Shown here: piece by piece, positions 29,285 through 43,396 of the stretch
How positions within the stretch are numbered: position 1 is the stretch's first letter
Layout of the letters: each line of letters begins with the position of its first letter
Source of the DNA: Eledone cirrhosa
Lineage: Eukaryota
Direction of reading: 5' to 3'
Assembly (NCBI GenBank): GCA_964016885.1
Contig: OZ024742.1
Coordinates: 153,698,001 to 153,762,000 of the forward strand
Length of the DNA stretch: 64,000 nucleotides
Notes under the pieces: generated by a model
The model's database searches: none
What the model was told of the DNA's origin: nothing
The model's input: only the letters and a program-made list of their open reading frames with translations
Position numbers and translations under genes: made by a program

Positions 29285-29420
29285 GTATGAATGCCCTGGG
29301 TGTCGTTTACTATGTTGAAAACATTTGGTCTATGCTGGCAAGAGGTGGAGTCAATCATCTCTAATTGACAATTCTGCAAATTACCACAAATGAGAAATAA
29401 AGCACTGGGACAATTCTTCC
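29285..29420 (+). mobile_element. Possible highly decayed Tc1/mariner transposase fragment
   Basis: VENIWSMLAR reading at ~29313-29343 resembles the Tc1 (SPDLNP)IENxW motif; there is little other support. Confidence 0.25.
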
Positions 29421-31633
29421 TTCCAATTATCAGACACAAAGATTTCAATATTTCTTAATGAAATATTCTGTTTAATCAAATTACTCTCTTTAACGCATCC
29501 AAATCGGTATGTTTTGTTTACTACTTTTCAAACTTCTTAAAATATCACCACACCTTTGACTATATACAATTGCTACCGAGTCGTCATTTTTTCCTTCACA
29601 TTAATCCACGGTTGACACACTTATCTTGAAGCCCAGTCATTCCTCTCATAACCATCGTTCTTCTAGGATTGTCTGTGCATGTCTTTCTGTCATCAACTAA
29701 ATGTTTGAGCGAAACGGTATTGTCATCAGTCTCACATATGATGGAGAGGCTACGAAGTTCATTCGCTTTCCTTCTAATTTCTGACACCAAACAAAACGCC
29801 TTCGTCGAAATGCTTCACATATCTGTCAAATAACTTTCAATTCATATCGCTTTGCAGAAAAGTATAATTGGTCTGGCATGCAATACAAAATTGTCATTCC
29901 TAAAAAAAAACTTTATTCATTATGATGCCTGATTAGGGTTTCCTTCGGACTAACCGACATTAAACCAACATTCCTAAGTTGCTGAGATATTTCATATTTC
30001 CCAGTTATTTATGATCATTTTGAAACGATTTCTAATCGTCGAAATTATAACTGATAAACGATTGCATTATTATATCTTCAATTAACCTTTTCTTGCGGTA
30101 AAATTTAATCTAAAATCACACAAGAAAATACGATGCTCTAAGCATTCTTTATTTGGTGTCTCAAACCATGAAAGACTATTATAAAGTGTAATTGAGTTAA
30201 ATTAAATTAGAATTCAGGTACTAATTAGTTATCGAATTTTAAAGTAAATCTAATCGTCCGTAGAGAAATTATTCATTGATCCTTCAATTTCTGTTAACAA
30301 GTCACATTGCTATTTTTTTCCTCAAAACTAAACATTAATTTTGACGACTCGAACTATTCAATAGAACAAATATTACTCGTGAATACAAACAAGTGTGTTT
30401 CAAAGCTTTCTGTCAACGGTTTTATACATTTGAAATTCAAGATGCCTTTTGAAGGAGAGCAGTCAATATATATTTACATATATAGTGGGAAATTTAGAAA
30501 ATGTATACCAACAAACAAATAGATACTCTTTAAGGATCTGTGCAAAATTCTAAATTTAAGATCCCCTAAATTGGTCAGGTATGTATTCTTGTATGAATAG
30601 AAGATGATATTTTCTATGTAATTAGATAGAAACTATGGAAAATCTCAAGTCAAACCTAACGGAACTTACCAGATTCTTTGTAACGTATTCTTCAACGATA
30701 CATGCATATTTTGAAAGCTGACCTCTGTGCTTGTACTATGTGTACTATTTACATTGAGCAGTCCTACTGTAAATATTGTACAGCAATTTATCTTTGATGT
30801 TATCAAGAAATATAGTAATTCATATTTCATCCATATATTAAATGTAGAATGAGTTTGTGAACTGCTTAATTACTGTAGATATACCGTATGATGATTGGAG
30901 CTCGTTTTACAAGATTCTATATAATAATTCTTCCAAAGAATTAGCAATATTTATAACCAAGATATTCTAAAGTCTCTCATTTCTCTTGATAGTTTTAATG
31001 CCAGATGTAATCAGAAGAGCATTTCCTTCTAACATATTCACACTCCCGAGTCAACAAATCTTCATTGCACATTAAAGACAACTGACCATGTATATTAGCA
31101 CCATACACCATTTCTAAACCATCTCGTATCAACACGCATGTAGTTAATTTGGATCATATAAAATATTTCCATATAGCGCTTGATAATACAGCTATTTCAC
31201 CTACAAACCTCTACGAGACAGTTACGTAGATGAGTGATAATACAAATCGAAAATATCTACCCATCGCTCGCTCAATAAGCTACATGATTTTCTATATTCC
31301 ATCCAATCTAATGTGATTGTTCATATATTATATGTCATGTAAATAAACAGCCTGTGGAAAGATGTCGGATCTGCGGTTACCGAAATAAGTACTTTGTTTT
31401 CAGCAGCCCACATGGGTTGAAGATATTCAGGAAAAGGTATTATACGGTGAAGTAGCTTCATTTCTTGAGTAGCTCATGAGGGCGTTTTGAACATGTTGGA
31501 GCCCATCCCAGAAAAAGTCGAACCAAAGCATTTTTCTTCAAGAGAGAGAGAGAGGGGTAAAAAGGGAGTCGGATAGAGAGAGACAAATAGAGAAAAGCAG
31601 AGTGATATAGGGGAAGAGATAGATAGATAGATA

Positions 31634-34600
31634 ATTTTTTTTATTAGCCACAAGGGCACAAACGAAGGGGACAAATACAAATGGGGAGTTTACATACAGG
31701 TATATGAAAATAAAACTATTAATAAATTAACAAATAACAATTGAAATTCCCAATAGGGAGGAGGCGTTACACAGGGGTTGTACACACACCGAAGAAATGT
31801 ACAACCCTCATCTCCAGGAGCACCAAGAGTGAGTACTCCCTTCCTCTCTTCCTCTTGTTCCTCAACCTACAGGCTTATATAGAGAGAAGGCCCAACCACT
31901 CAGGTCAACTTTGCCACATTCACCCACCTTTTATAAAATTTGCTGGGGTACAGCACCTCTCTCTCCATCCTGATTCTTCTTCTAAAATGATATTTGAGAA
32001 AACGAATCAGTTGCTCGCGGGAGAGAAAGGTGTCTGGCCTCAGACCTTTTAACCTCGTCCACCATATAACCTCTTTCACCATAGCCATAACACATAGGAA
32101 AACCGCCTCTCCCTCGTCTTTGAATGAGGGTGGCGGTTTGATCATGACAATGGACTCGGTGGTCAACTGGATTGGTCCCCCCCCCCGCGACAATAGTCGT
32201 TCTACATAGCCCCACAGGTCGGTACCGCCCGGGCAGTGTACAAATGCGTGCGCGACGATTTCCTCGTCTCGCACGCATCTCGTACAGATCTTTTTCGAAG
32301 GATCCCTGCCTGGGCGACCATGTCTGTAGAGCTTGTCTCGAACTGGTAGAGCTCCTCGGTAGCACTGCCAGGCCAGGGACTTTTGGAAGTTGTCCATTGG
32401 TCCCGGGCAGAAGGTACTACCGAACAGACTGGCCAGTTCGTCCTCCTCTACGCTCAGAGTTTCTCCGAGCGCGTCGTCGCACATGCTGCGGACCAACCCT
32501 CTATAGAATGTCGAAGTGGAGTCTCCAATGACCACCGGGTCCGTTTGCCAGAGGACTGTGACCGCCTGAACACATTCGTATGCTAGTCGCCCATTTTCCT
32601 CTGTCTTTACTTAACCAAGGACTGCAGCTCGGTCAGCGATACGAGTCGTGGGAAGGCTCGCCTCTCCAACGAGGCCCACAACGGTTGTCCGGTGAGGATT
32701 ACGTGGCGGTGCTGCAGCCTGGGCGCGTGTTTGCGCATCGTCAGCTACGGCTCCCCTGCCCTCCGTTTGAAGAAGGTTGGCAGCAGATGCATCTTCTCAC
32801 AAAAGGAGCCGTTTCTTCCAAAGGAATTGGAAGAGTGCGCGCTCCATTTTGGTGAGCGTTTTGGCTGGAAAAGGCACGACGGTCAAGCGGTAGTAGATGA
32901 CGGACGCTATAAAAGTGTTCGACACTTCTGCTCTAACTTTCAAGGATAGTTTGTGCACTCGGCCCACTTCTTGGTGAGCGCAAACACCTTAGCCATCACC
33001 TCGTTCCAGTTCTTCAACACCTGGAGGTCCGGACCAAACCAGACCACGAGCAGCTTTACTGGTCCTTCCGTCCAGCGTCCGAGGACGCCATCGTAAGGCA
33101 TGAGTTTGACTCTCCACGTTCCGAGTTGCAAACAGACGGATTTGTCCGGGTTCAGCTTCGCTCCTGTGAATCTTTCGTATTCCTCAAGTAAGGTGCCGGC
33201 CTCCCCGATTTGCGAGGTGCTGGACACCATTACTGTAACGGCGTCGGCGTAGGCCGAAGCCGCTTTTCGCAGTCCCGGTCCCAAGGGATGCCCTGCAATA
33301 GCTCCAACTTCCGCAGTAGTGACTCGAGAGTCAGTACGTACAGAACGGAGGAGAGAGGGCATCCCTGTCGGATGGATGGCGTGATATGGAACGTCTCCAA
33401 GAGGTAGCCGTTCATCTTGACCCTTGAGCAGATATTGCTGCTGTGCATTGCAGCAAGCCAACTCCTGAACACGGGTCCGAAGCCTGCCGCACCCAGCACC
33501 GAATCCAGGTAACGATGCTCAACCCTATCGATAGTCTTAGACAGATCCAAATTGATCAGGGCCCCACTGATGCCGGGTTTACACCTTACCCTCTCTAAGA
33601 TGTATCGCATGAGGTGGAGGTTGTCGTGTATGGACTTGGTCGGGATTGCGCTTCTATCACCAGGTTTTTGACGACAAGCGCCAGCCTCTTTGCCAACACC
33701 TTGGCCAAAATCTGTAACTCTGTGCTTAGCCGCGTTATGGGCCGGAAGTTGTCTATGTCATCCCCCTTATTCTCGTCCTTCCTGACTAACGTGAATACGC
33801 CCTTGGTCACTGCACTGGGAATTCTCCCGTTCTGCTGCCAGTTGCAGTAGACCGCTACCAGGAGACCGGAGAACAAGTACGGCATTGCTACGTAAAATTC
33901 GTAGGGGAGACCGTCGAGACCTGGAGATTTGCGTTTGCTGCATTGGCTCAGCGCGTCCCCTATCTCAGCGGCCGAAATCGGCCTTTCGCAAAAGTTTGCC
34001 TCGCTGTCCGAGAGCGCGGCAAGCCATCAAGGTATGGACCGAAATCCATAGCCCCTCCCGGTGCGCCGCCCTGCCCGAATAGTTGGGCAATGTGCCGCTG
34101 AAAGGCTGCGCACATCTGCTTCGGCTCACGTATCACGCGTCCGTCTTGGTCCTTCAAAGATCGCATCGTGGACTTGCTGCCACTTTTAGCCTCCGTCACT
34201 CGGGCCTAGCTAACAGCTTTGGCTCCCTCGTTTCCCAGAGCACGTATTTTGCTTCTGACAACGCAGCCTTCATGTTTTGCGTCGAAGAACTTGTCCAAGG
34301 CCGTTCTCGTCGCTAGCACGCTGGCTATGTTACCACTCCTAAGTACCTCTTCTACTCTATCTACCAGTTCCTTTTCGGTTTTAGTTCTAACACTAATTAT
34401 TTACTAAATCCTATGTAGTCTAATCTAACTGCCCTCTTGAGAGAGTACCAAAATCTCTTAGTGACAATGGCCCCCGTCAAGTGCTGCTTAACTAAAGTGC
34501 TAATCCGTCTACTGTAGGCTTTGCATGTGGTTAACGACAAGTTCAGCTACCATTAGCCGGGTCCCTGTCTATGGATTTTGTCAAGGTTAACTAAGCAGGT

Positions 34601-35130
34601 CACTAATTTGTAATCTGAATAGACAACCATGAACATTTGTGGACAGCTTAACATGTCCCTATCGTTCTTTCTAACTAGAACCCTATCTGTTCCGTTAGAT
34701 GTTCCGCTGCGATTAGACCACGTCCGCAGAGGCACAGACGGAAAATCTAGTCGATATGTATCGGCCAGGTCAAATCGGCCGATTAACTGTTTGAGGCTGT
34801 TACACCCCGCTCCATCGGGATATGCTCCCACATAGTCCCAACGTGCATCTAGGATTCCATTCCAGTCCCCCACTAACAGCAGGGAGCGGGACGTTCCCAG
34901 AAAAATCTCTAGACGTTTGAAGAAATCTGGCCGCGCTGTCCCAGTCGGGGCATATGCGGCCACCAGCCTGAAGGCTCCGACTTCATTACCGTCAACGTCA
35001 AGGACCACCAGTCGACCCTTCGGGTCCAGATGTACCGTCTGTGTTACGAGGTCCAGGAGTTTCCGCAGCAAAACGGCAACCCCACCCACACCAAAATGTT
35101 TATGTATAAAGCCCATCCAGCAACACACGT
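31634..35130 (-). mobile_element. Tx1/L1-clade LINE ORF2 (APE endonuclease, RT, zf-RVT), degenerate, with 3' UTR and poly(A)
   Basis: GGVAVLL..GRLVVLD..LLVGDWN..DRVLV (EN); NFRPITRL, LINLDLSK..DRVEH, IRQGCPLS, AYADAVT (RT); CTRC...EEIVAHAFVHC (Zn finger); AATAAA plus A-tail next to (GATA)n at ~31634; locally higher GC. Confidence 0.9.
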
Positions 35131-35199
35131 TCCGGTATCCTAACTATTCGGTCTGGTGTCATTTTGACCAGAACTTCCAGGCTAGTTCCGCTGAACAAG

Positions 35200-36350
35200 T
35201 CGCCGGAGGACCTACCTACCGATATTATATAGTCTGTTTCGAGGTTTAAAAATCAACATAGTACCCACCAAATATCAATATTTGGTGTGATACTTTGGAT
35301 TGTTATGTTATGTGTTCTTTTCCCCATGTAAGTGGGGGAAAAAGGTGAACAGCGGTGACACAATTGGCGACATGGAATATTTTTGTGCCGTCAATTGGTT
35401 TTTAATTACAATGGATAAACTCCCGTAGAGTCTACCCTTCTGAATAAAAGCAATGTCTTTTAATGCATTTTTTAAAGCCAACTCATTTTCGCCTTGTGAA
35501 AGTTGAGGTGTTTTCGTGCTTTGTTTGAGACTGTCCTGAAAATCACAGTTTTCCAGGCAGCTTCTCTTTGCAAATCTGGGGGAGAGTTTATGGAGAATGA
35601 TCCCTACTCCCCAAAAGTTACATATTGTATGGAATTATTCAAAATCTCATTTGCATTTGAAATATCTACCGTAGTGTAGCTTACTATTTTCTTTACAGTT
35701 TGCGCAAACGTCATTTTGTCGTTTACTTCCTTGTTGCAGTTATTGGTCTTGTTGTTGTTATTATTGTTCTTGTTGTTGATGTTGTTTCGTTTTTTCCGTT
35801 CTTGGTGTTGTTGTTGCTGTTGTTGTTGGTTGTGGTTTTGTTGTCGTTGTTTTTCTTCTTGTTCTCGCTGTCACTGTTGTTGATGGCGTTGTTTTGGTTT
35901 GTGCCATTCACAGTTTTCTTGTTGATGCTGCTGGCGTTGTTGTCAGGATGTGTTTTAAACATATCGACGTGTTTCAATAAGGCGGTGCGAGCTGCCTGTT
36001 GGCTTGACACTTTTACCGTCTCTCCACCACCTCTGTCTAATTGTTGGCTGATAGTTTTGATGATGTAGATTTTGTTTCTGTTGTTGTTACTCTTGTGGTT
36101 GTTGGTGATAGCAGCAGGCAGGCAGCCTTCACCTGCTACTAGTACTGTGAAAGGTGAGATTAACAGCCCATCTCCAGAATTCTGTAATGTGTTTTTCGTG
36201 AAGATGAGGTCAACGAATTTGGGCATTTTGTCTATATTCAAAATTCTAGTAGAAATTTTGTGGGATTTCTCCGTTTTTCGCCCTGATGGGCTAATTATTT
36301 GGGGTTGCTACCACCCACAAAGTGTAGGATGGCAGCTTATCTACAAAATG
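35200..36350 (-). pseudogene. Probable LINE ORF1-like remnants with an Asn/Thr-rich low-complexity tract
   Basis: Directly upstream of Tx1 ORF2 on the same strand; ORF 35723-36241 followed by MTFAQTVKK... and ...PTYMGKR-like segments. Confidence 0.45.
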
Positions 36351-36463
36351 GTGTAAGAATGTAGATTCAGTTCATGCAATTTCCAATGAAATTAAAACAT
36401 TTACTCACCAGTGCATTTTCCACGTGTTAGACAGAATCCGAGAAAAAGATAGATGGATAGATG

Positions 36464-36734
<271 letters not shown>

Positions 36735-36779
36735 GACAATCAGAAACAGGAAGCTAGAGACATTGACAGAATATAATCC

Positions 36780-36852
36780 TGTATGGGATTGGTATTTTAT
36801 TTATCTACTCCGGTAATTCATAAGGCAATGTTTAGATCTCTGGGATTTGAGT
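36780..36852 (-). mobile_element. Degenerate SINE fragment
   Basis: GGTATTTTATTTATCTACTCCGG..AGGCAATG..GATCTC.GGGATTTGA resembles the SINE body. Confidence 0.45.
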
Positions 36853-37437
36853 GAATGTGTGTGTTTGTGTGAAAGTATGTCTGTGTTGCACGTTTATATT
36901 TATATACTCATGCATATAAACACACGCACACACACATATATATATATATATACACATACATGTCAGCGTTTTGAAAATCCTAGTATAATATAATACTTAT
37001 GTAATCCCCCCCTCCCGCCCCCACCCCCAATTATCATTATGAAACTCTAGAAATCAATTTCATATACATAAGTGAAAAAGAATTCTGCTGAAATACAATT
37101 TTGTTTCCTTTCCAGAAAATGTATAATAATAATAAGTATATTTCGTATTTCTTTAATAAGAAAACCAATTTCTGTATTATAAATCCCAGAGAAATATTTA
37201 TGTGAACTGTAATGTCACATTAATTGGCTACACCCGTACTCTCGTAGAATAACCCTTACCAGACATCGGAAGATTCTACATAACTTAGAACTAAAATGGC
37301 AGTTATTAAAACAATAGAGACAAAAATTAGAACTCTGGACCACATGAAATTAGAACTCTGAAACCACATGAAATGTCAGAAATTAAACAGCTTTATTTGT
37401 GGTGCATAACATAAACCAAGGCATTAAACAAGTAAAC

Positions 37438-37507
<70 letters not shown>

Positions 37508-37579
37508 TATATATAGATATATATTATATATATATATATATAATACGCTCTTATCCTTATATATATTATATATATATAC

Positions 37580-38760
37580 AATACTCTCTTCTCCTTACAC
37601 CTGAGCCAGGAATTGTTTGCATCCGTAAGGGAACTGTTTAGACTGTCGGAGAAATGGGCCAACGCTGGCTGTCAAATTATTTTCCTGAAACGCTGCCTAA
37701 AAAACGATGTCATCCCCAACACCATCAGGAACATCCGCTTACCACTAAGCCTACGTACACCAGCCTTCCAAAACATATCTTGCCCGATACGCCATGCGAA
37801 CTGTTGCCTACGCACATACGTCGTGTATAAGATAGAATGTGACAGGTGCAACCAATATTACATAGGTAGCACAATCCGACCTTTGCACATCCGGATCAAG
37901 GAACACACTAAAACCTGGGCCTTTTCTTTCCGGAAACACATAGACAAATGCGGAGACAAATACGGAAGGCCCATTGTCACAATTCTAGCGACTGAAAGAA
38001 ACGTCGGTACGTTACGTATCAAGGAAGTGCTTTTTATCAAACGTCTGCAACCGCAAATAAACAACCGATTAGAGAGAAGCGAATTGAGATGGCTTTTTTA
38101 AGTTAACAAACGATGCAGCAACACACAACACACGCACACACACACACACACACACACAAACGAGACAACTACACACACACACGCACAGACACACAGTAGC
38201 ATTCCACCATACGAACATACTACACTGCCAATACAGAGGTACAAGGCAACAACACACGCACACACACACACTCAAGCGAGACAGCCACACACGCACACAC
38301 ACACACAGTAACATTTAACAAACAGGCAGAGAATGGACTGACAGCTAGCGCCACCCCACTCCCTCATTCGGCCGCTGACCTCTGCCTGAGCGACCCCATT
38401 TTACGTGCACGCGCACTCTGCCGAATACCTCAGATATTCAAAACAACAAACAGCGGAGGACGCGCTCCGCACCTGTCCGACAGACAACCTTTCCCCTACC
38501 CCGGAAAAAACCCCAGTTGATGGATGTGAATCCGAAATATATAGGGACTATTAAATCTCTCCCAAGGTAACTCTCTCACGTGTTGTTATTTTAATTTTTA
38601 TTTTATCCTTTATACTATTCCCTTCATTCTTCTACACATCTTACACATCTTATACACACGACGCACCTCAAGGTACACCCACTTACATCTCTCTCCACCA
38701 CCGGATCTTGTTACCCGGAGATTTACCCATTTGCATTGTCGAGGCTGCCAAACGACTTAA

Positions 38761-38762
<2 letters not shown>
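37580..38762 (+). mobile_element. RT-less PLE derivative: N-terminal domain fused to GIY-YIG, followed by a pLTR with a degenerate hammerhead
   Basis: ORF 37613-38101; hammerhead-like CCC-CAGTTGA-tGGAT gtga ATCC-GAAA-TATA-TA-GGG at 38511-38546; donor-like AAG/GTAACT at ~38566; flanked by (TA)n. Confidence 0.75.
37613..38101 (+). CDS. 162-aa PLE-derived GIY-YIG endonuclease ORF lacking RT
   Basis: IIFLKRCLKNDVIP (PLE N-terminal motif) then VVYKIECDRCNQYYIGSTIRPLHIRIKEH...LRIKEVLFIKRLQPQINNR; the start codon is TTG, not ATG. Confidence 0.55.
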   Translation: MFASVRELFRLSEKWANAGCQIIFLKRCLKNDVIPNTIRNIRLPLSLRTPAFQNISCPIRHANCCLRTYVVYKIECDRCNQYYIGSTIRPLHIRIKEHTKTWAFSFRKHIDKCGDKYGRPIVTILATERNVGTLRIKEVLFIKRLQPQINNRLERSELRWLF

Positions 38763-39986
<1,224 letters not shown>

Positions 39987-39989
<3 letters not shown>

Positions 39990-40410
39990 TTATACTTTGG
40001 GAGGGTCATGTTACCAATAAGAAACGCATGCACCATTGCTTTCACTCCAATTCATTATGAATTAAATTTATAAATTTAAGAATTTGTAAATTTCAGTTTG
40101 GTTGTTTGGTTCCATAACCGAATGGTTGTTTATATATTGTCAAAGTTCTTTCGTCACCCATTCTGTGACCTCTTCAGTGACTGGAGATTGTTTTCATAGT
40201 TTTGTGCCTCACCTTTGTTCTGTCCTACGCCACAAAAACAAGATGGCGTAGGACAGAACAAAGGAGAGGCACAATACAAAGACAAAAATGCCCAGTCACT
40301 GAAGAGGTCACATAATGTGTGACGAAATAACTTTGACAATATATGAACAACCGTCAGGTTATGGAAGCAACCAACCAACCGGAATTTATAAATTCTTAAA
40401 TTTATAAATC
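39987..40410. mobile_element. Fold-back family B pLTR pair with hammerheads at 40138-40181 (-) and 40295-40337 (+)
   Basis: Apex TGTCCTACGCCA-caaaaacaaga-TGGCGTAGGACA; GTCA-CTGAAGA-G-GTCAC..GTGAC-GAAA-TAAC-TT-TGAC. Confidence 0.9.
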
Positions 40411-40494
40411 TCCGGAACCTACAATCACCGACAAACACTCAAGCGCATATTCATACACGCACATACACACAGACACATACCTATATATATATAG

Positions 40495-40586
<92 letters not shown>

Positions 40587-40619
40587 GTGTGTGTGTGTAG
40601 GAGATGATTTTTATTGTAG

Positions 40620-41060
40620 CACAATAAAGCAATGCAAATATCGTATAAGCAGCACTCTACACTTTGTAGGACTGGAGTATAAATGTCTTTGTGAGACAAT
40701 ATATATATTTTTTCTCAGTTGCAAAGGCTATCTCACACCTTCTATCACCCATCTCTCCGCCTCTCTCATCCTTCCTTCTTATACTCCTCTCCCTCCATTC
40801 TTTACTCTAATCTCCTCCTCTTCCTTACCTTCTCCACTTACCCCCCCCTCACTTTTTCCCTATCTCATACATCAATCTTAAATTATTTTTCATATTTTGA
40901 TTTAAAACTTCACTATTCACAAGTGTTTTTTTAAGCTCCATATCATGCATCCCTATTTTATCTGATGAAATCGCAGATATCATCCCATGATGATATTTGT
41001 TTTTGAAATGCGCATAATAAAATACTTGGAACTCTTTTAACCATCTTTGGATCTTATATT
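40620..41060 (+). mobile_element. PLE 3' end/pLTR (family F) with an intact hammerhead
   Basis: Pyrimidine-rich UTR followed by the hammerhead; related to 53545-53670. Confidence 0.6.
40954..41024 (+). ncRNA. Type I hammerhead ribozyme (best-formed copy)
   Basis: TATTTTAT-CTGATGA-aatcGCAGATATCATC ccat GATGATATTTGTtttt-GAAA-TGCGCA-TA-ATAAAATA: 8-bp stem I, palindromic stem III, AUA cleavage triplet. Confidence 0.85.
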
Positions 41061-41299
41061 ATATTATATATAATTATATTAGAATATATAAGAAAAACGA
41101 ACACAGATATATACATGTATGTGTTCAAATCGTAAGGGACTGGATTCGCTATTGATAGTTACCACAATTCCAGTTCCTACTTACTTTCTTATTTTTTTCT
41201 TAAATTGAGACAAGCAAACCCAATTGCCTATAGTTAGTATTCTTTTCACCTTAGCGAATCCGGTTCCTTACGATTTGAACACATATAAGTATATATCTT

Positions 41300-41379
<80 letters not shown>

Positions 41380-41380
<1 letters not shown>

Positions 41381-41896
41381 TATAAATGTATATATAGTGT
41401 ATTTTGTAAAACACTGTATGCTTAATTAAAAACATTTCCAAGACCATAGAATTGGTGCTCTGAAATAGCGATATATATATATGCAATATATATATATGCA
41501 AAATAGCGATATATATATTGCAAAATACAATATATATACATTCATATATATATAGCTATTTCAGAGCACCAATTCTAATTTTAAATTTTTGCTTGACCGG
41601 CAACCGCTCTGTATAATCATTTCCTGAGTTTTACTAGAATTCTATAAGAATCAAATATTCATGATTTTCAGCACACAGGCGTAGTACTTAGCTTTAATAA
41701 GCACCAAAAAGTGCGAAACAGAACTCTGTCAGCTTTATATCCCCTGTTTCTTGAAAATTAAAATAAGTGAGACTGTCACTACTCTAAAACAATAGTGTAA
41801 GGTCTTCAAAATGCTTTTAATTAAGCACACAGTGTATTGCAAAATACACTATATATAAATTCATATATTTATAGCTATTTCAGAGCATCAATTCTA

Positions 41897-41900
<4 letters not shown>
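41380..41900. mobile_element. Small element with a ~320-bp partial tandem and a scrambled inverted head
   Basis: 41517-41580 is repeated at 41836-41898; 41380-41447 is inverted against ~41801-41866; 41450-41472 is inverted against the repeat end. Confidence 0.7.
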
Positions 41901-41928
<28 letters not shown>

Positions 41929-41988
41929 ATATATATATAATATGCATGCATAACATAAACCAAGGCACTAAACAAGTAAATGTATATA

Positions 41989-43001
41989 TCTGTATATAAA
42001 ATTAAGTATGTGTGTGTGTATGTGTGTCTGTTTATTACCTATAGGGGCCTACATCTTACGACCGATTTTCATGAAACTTTACAGGCTCATAGATTAGTCA
42101 TCGGGGAGTGTTTTCTAATACCAGCGTATCGTTTTTTTTTATTCTGGTGTCATTCTGCAGATAATAATCGATAGGGGGGTCACCTTTTTTTAGGTATCGA
42201 AAAGTAACATTTTTGGCTCTAGCTCCCAGATTTTGCCACCGATTTCGTTCAAATTTTAAGGCAAAATAGAATTCCTCATCGCATATCCTGTAATGACTTT
42301 ATATTTTGCATTTATTTATCAGGTTCAGCGTGGTAGCCGCTTAAATATTAAAAAATACCACTTTTAGACTCAAATTTCCACTTTTTCGGCTCTAGCTCCC
42401 ACATTAATCAACCTACTTTGTTCAAATTTCACACTACGCTAGATCTGATTATTTCACCTCTTAATGTCGCTTTAACTTGTGGATTTATTTTTCAGGAACG
42501 GCATGGCAGCCGCTTAAGTATTCGAAAATACCACCTTTTCGCTCAAATGTCCGCCTTTTAGGCTCTAGCTTCCATATTTTTCAACCGATTAAGTTCAAAT
42601 TCGAAACTTCGGCTCCACATCACACATACATCAATTTATTTGGTTCAACTTTTATACTACAATAGAACCTATCATTGCACATCTTAAAGATGGTCAAATG
42701 CAAAACAATGGCCATTAACGTCTTCTGAGCTTTTAGTTGTGTGTTTCAGAATTCATCGATTTCCAATCAAGTAGCTTGAGGAAATTTGGCTTAGCGTTAG
42801 AGGTCATTACCTCCCTCACCATCATGCCACTTCGTCAGTCACCAGCGTTTCTCCGTGATAGAGGTCATCATCCCCCCCCCCCTCCGCATGGCCTGTGAGT
42901 GACCATAAATGAGTCATCGAGAAGCAGTCGCTAAGATCAACACGTTTTCATCAAAGCATATATTATTTTACCTACCCAGGCAACGCTGGGTACTGCTGCT
43001 A

Positions 43002-43002
<1 letters not shown>
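41989..43002 (+). mobile_element. Non-autonomous Helitron
   Basis: 5' TC(TGTATATAAAATT..GTGTGT), 3' hairpin CCCAGGCAACGCTGGG then CTAG, inserted at A|T; three internal ~175-bp subrepeats (GGCTCTAGCT..ACCGAT..GTTCAAATT). Confidence 0.8.
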
Positions 43003-43057
<55 letters not shown>

Positions 43058-43134
43058 GTATATATATATACATATACTTTTACTTGTTTAGTGCCTTGGT
43101 TTAATTTATGCGTATATATATTTATATATATATA

Positions 43135-43183
<49 letters not shown>

Positions 43184-43349
43184 GTATATATATGTATGTA
43201 TATTTTATGCATATATATATAACAACTTCCTCTTACACACAAATACGTATACATGCACACACACCTCCCCCACCCCATATACATATATATATTATATGTA
43301 TATAGGCATGTATATATATATATATACACTTTAATCTGTTATTTTAATA

Positions 43350-43396
<47 letters not shown>

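Noticed and set aside
42200-42610. Regularly spaced short repeats that look superficially CRISPR-like
   Set aside because: They are degenerate ~175-bp internal subrepeats of a Helitron in a eukaryotic context, with no cas genes.
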